DNA from: Minisyncoccota bacterium
GTDB taxonomy: Bacteria > Patescibacteriota > Minisyncoccia > Minisyncoccales > CG1-02-41-26
NCBI GenBank assembly: GCA_028718965.1
Contig: JAQUKS010000003.1
Span: forward strand, 1 to 45,927
DNA: 45,927 bases
Reading direction: 5' to 3'
Below the pieces are notes generated by a model. That model ran no database searches, was not told the origin of the DNA, and saw nothing but the letters and a program-made list of their open reading frames with translations. Position numbers and translations under genes: made by a program. Position 1 is the first letter of the stretch. Each line of letters begins with the position of its first letter. This document shows, piece after piece, positions 40,947-45,927 of the stretch.

Positions 40947-41529
40947 TGATTCGGGCAACGACAACAACGGCACCATCTCGGGAGCCACGGTGGTTGACGG
41001 CGTGGTGGACAAGGCCCTCTCCTTTGACGGGGTGAATGATTATCTCAATCTTACGGGCATTTCGACGAACAACGGAGGCAATTTGACGATTGCTTTTTGG
41101 GCGAACTTTCTCGTTTATGATGGCACTGACTTCATACTCGATATTGAAACAGGCAGATTGCTCATCGGTCTGAACGGAGGCAATTTTCGATTTTATGACA
41201 CTACCTGGAAAGACTACGGATCAGGGGTCGGAGTTTCTTCTTATTTGAACGCGTGGCATCATTATGTTTTTGTTTTTAACGCTAACGCGAATCCGGATGT
41301 CGCTCAACTATATATTGACGGATACCTGAATGGAACGAACAGCACGTATTCGGCGAGGGATGTCGGCGGCGCAGTTGCTTTGATGGCCCGCTATTCGAGA
41401 GACCAAGCGTTTGTAAGGGGCATAATCGACGATTTACGTATTTACGGGGAGCCTTTTGTCCAGGCACAAGTCGAGCAGCTCTACGCCCAGGGCCTGGAAA
41501 ATCATCGGAATTTAGTTATGGAAATATAG
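40729..41529 (+). CDS. type IV pilin-like protein with C-terminal LamG domain
   Basis: Class III (prepilin) signal MNSNRA|FTLIELLVVIAIIGILASIV with Glu at +5, then a LamG unit (WTFDNISGTTVYDDSGNDNNGTI ... GIIDDLRIYGEPFVQAQVEQLY). The start is ATG 40729 rather than the track's 40687. Confidence 0.85.
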   Translation: MNSNRAFTLIELLVVIAIIGILASIVIVSFPTATQKARLAKTLSWAGSVSHSLGSSAVGIWTFDNISGTTVYDDSGNDNNGTISGATVVDGVVDKALSFDGVNDYLNLTGISTNNGGNLTIAFWANFLVYDGTDFILDIETGRLLIGLNGGNFRFYDTTWKDYGSGVGVSSYLNAWHHYVFVFNANANPDVAQLYIDGYLNGTNSTYSARDVGGAVALMARYSRDQAFVRGIIDDLRIYGEPFVQAQVEQLYAQGLENHRNLVMEI

Positions 41530-41570
41530 GCCCGAAATAGCCGGTTCCGTAACAGCGGATAATTGTTTCG

Positions 41571-41579
41571 TGTTATAAT
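41571..41579 (+). promoter_or_regulatory. candidate extended -10 promoter element for ppsA
   Basis: TGtTATAAT lies 22 nt upstream of ATG 41601. No clear -35 box is present. Confidence 0.3.
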
Positions 41580-41600
41580 TCATAATCAAACAAATTTTTT

Positions 41601-44042
41601 ATGGAAAAAGAAAAGAACGAAAAATATCTTTTGTGGTTGGATGAAATCGGCAAAGACGACGTTGCTTTGGTGGGGGGCAAGAATGCTTCTCTTGGGGAAA
41701 TGTATTGCCATTTGACCTCGCAGGGCATAAGAATCCCCAACGGTTTTGCTTTGACAGCCAAGGCCTATTGGCATTTTTTGAAGTTCAACCATTTGGACGA
41801 CAAGCTATCCGACATTTTTTATCGCTTCAACCGGCAGAGCCTGGTAAGCCTGGCTAAAACCGGTCAGGCGGCCAGAAGCCTTATCTTAAAGGCGCAATTT
41901 CCGCCGGATTTGATTCAAGAGATAAAAAAAAGTTACAGAGAGCTTTGTAGCCAGGCCGGTAAGCGTAATCTGGCCGTGGCGGTGCGCTCGTCAGCGACCG
42001 CCGAGGACCTGAAAGGAGCGAGTTTCGCGGGAGCTATGGAAACATATCTTAACGTAAGCGGCGAACAGAATTTGCTCAACGCTATCAAGAAGTGCATTTC
42101 TTCTTTGTTTACCGACAGGTCAATAGCTTATCGCGAAGAAAAGGGTTTTGACCATCTCAAGATAGCTTTGTCGGCGGGAGTTCTGCAGATGGTAAGAAGC
42201 GATTTGAGTTCTTCAGGCGTAATGTTTACTTTGGACACTGAAACCGGTTTTCGCAACGTCGTGGTAATAAATTCCATCTATGGAGTAGGGGAGATGATTG
42301 TAAAGGGCCGCGTCACCCCCGACGAGTTCATTGTTTTTAAGCCGGCCCTGGAAGAAGGCTTCCGTTCGATTATCGTTAAAAATTTAGGCCAGAAACAGAA
42401 AAAATACGTTTACAAAAAAAACGGGGGGCTTAAGGAGGCGGCCGTGCCATTAGCCCAGCAAAAAAGTTTTTCCCTTGGCGAGGATGAAATTATCACTTTA
42501 GCCCGATGGGCGATGAAAATCGAAAAATATTATGATTTTCCGCAGGATATCGAGTGGGCCAAGGACGGTAAAACCGGCGAATTATTTATCGTGCAATCAC
42601 GGCCCGAAACCGTGCAAACCGAAAAAAAGGCTTCTGTTTTTCAAGAATACCGGATCGAAGCCCCTGGCGAAGCGCTTCTAGAAGGTATTGCCGTAGGCAA
42701 TAAAATCGGAAAAGGCGCCGCGCATATAATTAAAAATGTGGCACAGCTGTCTCAATTCAAAAAGGGCGAGGTGCTGGTAACCAAAATGACTGACCCGGAC
42801 TGGGTGCCGGCTCTTCGTTTGGCTTCAGCTGTGATAACCGATGAAGGATCAAGGGTTTGCCACGCCGCCATTGTATCACGAGAATTGGGTATCCCGTGCA
42901 TCGTGGCTACTGGGGCCGGCAGCAGGATATTAAAAAGTGGCCAAATGATAACAGTTGATTGTTCAAGCGGCTCAAAAGGCAAGGTTTATAAGGGGGATAT
43001 ACCTTTTGAGGTTAAAGAATATGATTTACAGGGAATACCGCCCTTGCCGGTAAAACTTACAGCTAACATTGGCAGTCCGGAAATCGCTTTTCAAAACTCT
43101 TTTTTGCCTGTTGAGGGCGTGGGCCTGGCAAGAGAGGAGTTCATTATAGCGGAAAAAATAAAAGTACACCCTCTCGCTTTAATTCATTACAATGAATTAA
43201 AGCATGGAAAGTTTTCGGCTTCCGGCTTCGGGACTTCGGACGAATCGCGAATTGCGAAACTGAAAATCCAAAAGATTATAAGGGAAATCGACAGAATAAC
43301 CCTTGAACACCATGATAAACAGGAGTATTTCGTTAGAGAGTTGGCCGAAGGTATCGGTAAGATTGTCGCGGCTTTTTGGCCAAAACCCGTGATAGTGCGC
43401 TTTTCCGATTTTAAAACAAATGAATACAGCCAGCTGGTGGGCGGTGAGCTATTCGAGCCGCAGGAAGAAAACCCGATGATTGGCTGGCGGGGGGCCTCGC
43501 GTTATTATGATGAAAAATTCAAGCCAGCCTTTTTAATGGAATGCGAGGCCATCAAACGGGTACGGGATGTGTTTGGCCTGAAAAATTTGAAAGTGATGAT
43601 TCCTTTTTGTCGTACACCTGAGGAAGGCAAAAAAGTGATTGAAATTATGCGCCAATCAGGCATTGAGCAGGGTAAAGACGGCTTTGAAATTTACGTAATG
43701 TGCGAGATTCCTTCCAACGTGATTTTGGCGGAACAATTTTTAGAAATTTTCGACGGGATGAGCATCGGCTCAAATGATTTGACCCAGCTTACCCTTGGCA
43801 TGGACAGAGATAATGGCGGGCTTTCGCATATTGGCGATGAAAGAAACGAAGCAATCAAAAAAATGCTCAAGCAAGTTATCGCTATCTGCAGAGAAAAAGG
43901 CAAGTATTGCGGTATTTGCGGTGACGCGCCGTCTTCGTTTCCTGATTTTGCGGATTTTTTGATTGATTGCGGCATTGAATCGATTTCTTTGTCTCCGGAC
44001 GCGGTAATTAAAACAATTTTTATTTTAGCGAAAAACCAATGA
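41601..44042 (+). CDS. ppsA: phosphoenolpyruvate synthase (pyruvate, water dikinase)
   Basis: VALVGGKNASLGEM, the phosphohistidine swivel motif TDEGSRVCHAAIVSRELGIPCIV, and the C-terminal PEP-utilising TIM barrel (MSIGSNDLTQL). Its stop TGA overlaps the ATG of the short pilin (ATGA). Confidence 0.92.
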   Translation: MEKEKNEKYLLWLDEIGKDDVALVGGKNASLGEMYCHLTSQGIRIPNGFALTAKAYWHFLKFNHLDDKLSDIFYRFNRQSLVSLAKTGQAARSLILKAQFPPDLIQEIKKSYRELCSQAGKRNLAVAVRSSATAEDLKGASFAGAMETYLNVSGEQNLLNAIKKCISSLFTDRSIAYREEKGFDHLKIALSAGVLQMVRSDLSSSGVMFTLDTETGFRNVVVINSIYGVGEMIVKGRVTPDEFIVFKPALEEGFRSIIVKNLGQKQKKYVYKKNGGLKEAAVPLAQQKSFSLGEDEIITLARWAMKIEKYYDFPQDIEWAKDGKTGELFIVQSRPETVQTEKKASVFQEYRIEAPGEALLEGIAVGNKIGKGAAHIIKNVAQLSQFKKGEVLVTKMTDPDWVPALRLASAVITDEGSRVCHAAIVSRELGIPCIVATGAGSRILKSGQMITVDCSSGSKGKVYKGDIPFEVKEYDLQGIPPLPVKLTANIGSPEIAFQNSFLPVEGVGLAREEFIIAEKIKVHPLALIHYNELKHGKFSASGFGTSDESRIAKLKIQKIIREIDRITLEHHDKQEYFVRELAEGIGKIVAAFWPKPVIVRFSDFKTNEYSQLVGGELFEPQEENPMIGWRGASRYYDEKFKPAFLMECEAIKRVRDVFGLKNLKVMIPFCRTPEEGKKVIEIMRQSGIEQGKDGFEIYVMCEIPSNVILAEQFLEIFDGMSIGSNDLTQLTLGMDRDNGGLSHIGDERNEAIKKMLKQVIAICREKGKYCGICGDAPSSFPDFADFLIDCGIESISLSPDAVIKTIFILAKNQ

Positions 44043-44256
44043 ATAGCAACAGAGCCTTCACCCTCATCGAACTCCTTGTCGTAATAGCCATCATCGGCAT
44101 CTTAGCCTCCATTGTAATCGTGTCCTTTCCCACCGCCACCCAGAAAGCCAGGCTGGCCAAGACTCTCTCCTGGGCCGGAAGCGTGAGCCACTCCCTGGGA
44201 TCAAGTGCCGTTGGCATCTGGACCTTTGACAACATCTCCGGAACAACCGTCTATGA
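44032..44256 (+). repeat. 225-bp perfect direct repeat, copy 2 (pilin 5' module)
   Basis: See copy 1 (40722-40946). Confidence 0.92.
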
Positions 44257-44299
44257 AGGGCTGGAAAGCCATCGTGATTTGGCACTAATTCGGCAATAA
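44039..44299 (+). CDS. short (86 aa) type IV pilin-like protein lacking the LamG head; may be a functional headless pilin or a deletion derivative
   Basis: The first 72 residues are identical to the pilin at 40729. After ..GTTVY it joins directly to EGLESHRDLALIRQ, which parallels the last residues of the long form (QGLENHRNLVMEI). Confidence 0.5.
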   Translation: MNSNRAFTLIELLVVIAIIGILASIVIVSFPTATQKARLAKTLSWAGSVSHSLGSSAVGIWTFDNISGTTVYEGLESHRDLALIRQ

Positions 44300-44324
44300 A
44301 TCCGTAGAAAAACACCCCGCCATC

Positions 44325-44349
44325 TTGAAAGTGGCCGAGCCACTTTCAA
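44325..44349 (+). repeat. REP-B hairpin copy 1 (ttgaaagtggc-cga-gccactttcaa)
   Basis: An 11-bp perfect stem with a 3-nt loop, 8 nt upstream of ATG 44358. The track's TTG start at 44325 lies inside it. Confidence 0.9.
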
Positions 44350-44357
44350 AAAATTAC

Positions 44358-45080
44358 ATGCGAAAAATAATTTTTGCAAACGATGAGTATTTTCATATTT
44401 TTAACCGAGGGTCTAACAAGCAGGATATTTTTCTTGAAGAAGAAGATTTTTGGAAATTTTTTGATGGACTTCGCGACTTGAATAACACAACTTGCTATGA
44501 AGACCGATTGAATGCTTTAGGTCTTTCTGTCCATTCCCGTAATTCGCTTGGTAAATTAGAATTTCAAGGACTTCGCTCTTTTCTCAGCGAGAAAGAAAAA
44601 GTTGTTGAAATTATCTCTTATTCTTTTAGCCCTAATCATTTTCACTTGATAATAAAACAGCTATGCGACAAGGGTATTTCATACTTGATGCATAAATTAG
44701 GCGGGAGTTATACGCTTTATTTCAATAAAAAACATAATCGATCGGGCCATATTTTCCAAGGGCCGTTTAAGGCGATTCATATTGATAGCAACGATTATCT
44801 TCTATGGCTAATGGGCTATGTTAATGGAAACATAGAAATACATAACCTCGCTCAGGCAGATAACTATAATTGGTCAAGCTATCGCGCTCTTTGCAAGTGG
44901 CTCGGCCACTTTCAATCTTCATCCTCGGCTTCGTTGTCGCCTTTGTCGGTGTTGGGCGGGTTAGATGTTATTTCGGAGCAGTTTAAAACCGTTGCTGATT
45001 TTCAAGATATGGTTAAAACAGTTGTTCGGGAAAGCCGCGCAAAAAAAGAAATGAAAAATTATTTATTAGAAAAAATATAA
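44358..45080 (+). CDS. IS200/IS605 TnpA-like (Y1 HUH) REP-associated tyrosine transposase-like protein 2
   Basis: YFHIFNRGSNKQDIFLEEEDFWKFFDGL, an intact HUH (SPNHFHLIIKQ), MHKLGGSYTLYFNKKHNRSGHIFQGPFKAIHIDSNDYLLWLMGYVNGN (candidate catalytic Tyr). It is flanked by REP-B hairpins. Confidence 0.8.
   Translation: MRKIIFANDEYFHIFNRGSNKQDIFLEEEDFWKFFDGLRDLNNTTCYEDRLNALGLSVHSRNSLGKLEFQGLRSFLSEKEKVVEIISYSFSPNHFHLIIKQLCDKGISYLMHKLGGSYTLYFNKKHNRSGHIFQGPFKAIHIDSNDYLLWLMGYVNGNIEIHNLAQADNYNWSSYRALCKWLGHFQSSSSASLSPLSVLGGLDVISEQFKTVADFQDMVKTVVRESRAKKEMKNYLLEKI
44891..44915 (-). repeat. REP-B hairpin copy 2, inverted (loop tcg), inside the RAYT-like CDS
   Basis: ttgcaagtggc-tcg-gccactttcaa, with one stem mismatch. 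It encodes ..LCKWLGHFQS.. Confidence 0.8.
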
Positions 45081-45092
45081 AAAATAAAAGTG

Positions 45093-45129
45093 TTGAAAGT
45101 GGCCGAGCCACTTTCAGAGCCACTTTGAA
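45093..45129 (+). repeat. REP-B hairpin copy 3 plus an extra 3' arm
   Basis: ttgaaagtggc-cga-gccactttca (45093-45116), followed by ga-gccactttgaa (45119-45129), a second copy of the 3' arm. Confidence 0.85.
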
Positions 45130-45133
45130 AAAT

Positions 45134-45927
45134 ATGAGCGAGATTATTACGTTTGGGTCCTCAACTGTTGACATATTTTTAAAGCCTGAGAAGGATTGCT
45201 TCGAGCGGGGCGACAAAGTGCAGGCAGGGGATTGGGCGATGCACAGCGGGGGCGGAGGAACCAACGCGGCGTGCACTTTCGCTTTGCAGGGTTTCAAAAC
45301 CGCTTATTATGGCAAAGTCGGGGATGACTATTTCGGCGGCGTGGTCTTAGATGATTTGAAAAGGAGCGGCGTTTGTTTGAAATTAGTGAAGAAAGACAGC
45401 AGTCGCCCTACGGCGCTTTCAGTCGTTTTATCGCAGGGAGCAGGGGATCGGGTAATTTTGGCAGCCAGGGGGGCTTGCCATTTTTTCGGGCAGGAGGACA
45501 TAAGATGGTCGAACGTCAAAAATACCAGCTGGTTTTATATTGCCCCGCTCTATGATAAGTCAAGCGATCTGGCCGGGACACTGGTGAAATTCGCCAGGGA
45601 ACATAAAATAAAAGTGGCTTTTAATCCGAGCGGGTCGTATATCAGAGAGAATCCCGAAGAACTGAAGCATATTTCGGCAGATGTCGATGTTTTACTGTTG
45701 AACCTTGGAGAGGCGGCTTTGCTCGCGGGATTGCCCCAAGACGATGCGCGCCCGCTGGCTGAAAAAATCAAATCATGGGGAGCGGGCATAGTGGTTATCA
45801 CTATGGGTGAAAAAGGGGCGGTAGTTTTGGACGGGTCCGGATATTACCAGGCCGGTATTTTTCCGGTCGAAGTAAGAGAAAGAACCGGAGCGGGAGATGC
45901 TTTCGGCTCGGGATTCATCGCTGGACT
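45134..45927 (+). CDS. PfkB-family (ribokinase-like) sugar kinase, 3' end off-window; absent from supplied ORF track
   Basis: Hand translation from ATG 45134 stays open to the window end: MSEIITFGSSTVDIFLKPEKD...HSGGGGTNAACTFALQGFKTAYYGKVGDDYFGG...VITMGEKGAVVLDG...RTGAGDAFGSGFIAG. These include the GG and DTxGAGD-type PfkB signatures. The track probably omitted it because no stop codon is reached. Confidence 0.85.
   Translation, partial: MSEIITFGSSTVDIFLKPEKDCFERGDKVQAGDWAMHSGGGGTNAACTFALQGFKTAYYGKVGDDYFGGVVLDDLKRSGVCLKLVKKDSSRPTALSVVLSQGAGDRVILAARGACHFFGQEDIRWSNVKNTSWFYIAPLYDKSSDLAGTLVKFAREHKIKVAFNPSGSYIRENPEELKHISADVDVLLLNLGEAALLAGLPQDDARPLAEKIKSWGAGIVVITMGEKGAVVLDGSGYYQAGIFPVEVRERTGAGDAFGSGFIAG

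Noticed and set aside
24223-44256. Template/variable repeat pairs of a diversity-generating retroelement targeting the LamG or pilin genes.
   Set aside because: Both repeat pairs (200 bp and 225 bp) are perfectly identical and lack adenine-specific mismatches. No reverse transcriptase gene is present in the window.

Overview
All coding is on the + strand. The gene set is small and streamlined, and its content and protein style resemble Candidate Phyla Radiation / Patescibacteria-like bacteria. That lineage call is inference only, because no marker search was possible.

Housekeeping genes:
- Left block (1-10216): pgk (5' partial), RecJ-like DHH phosphoesterase, RNase HI, RNase P RNA with a consensus promoter, murJ, lepA, an FtsB/DivIC-like gene, tRNA-Gly(CCC), tRNA-Thr(CGU), prfB with its programmed +1 frameshift (the ORF track misses the first 22 codons), ftsE, ftsX and tRNA-Gln(CUG).
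- Right block (33193-45927): Wzy_C/TPR membrane protein, ftsZ, galU, nnrD, trxB, eno, ppsA, and a 3'-partial PfkB-type sugar kinase that is absent from the ORF track.

The interesting part is a roughly 23-kb surface-protein island (10313-33056):
- An 11.5-kb gene encodes a 3,835-aa protein. It has two N-terminal HTH modules, one TM helix, tail-fibre-like repeats, a C-terminal block resembling a phage autoproteolytic chaperone domain, and an acidic tail.
- Three paralogous anchored LamG-array proteins follow, with 2, 6 and 6 LamG domains.
- The LamG block is bracketed by copies of a 23-nt hairpin. The same hairpin also flanks, in inverted orientation, an adjacent IS200/RAYT-like HUH gene.

Further downstream:
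- A type IV pilin carries a LamG head. An 86-aa headless copy shares a 225-bp identical 5' module with it, and the two copies flank ppsA.
- A second RAYT-like gene has its own cognate hairpins.

The intergenic gap inside the LamG block holds an atypical antisense tRNA-like element, scrambled copies of its parts, and a fossil LamG gene start.

No CRISPR array, reverse transcriptase, integrase or recognisable defence genes were seen.
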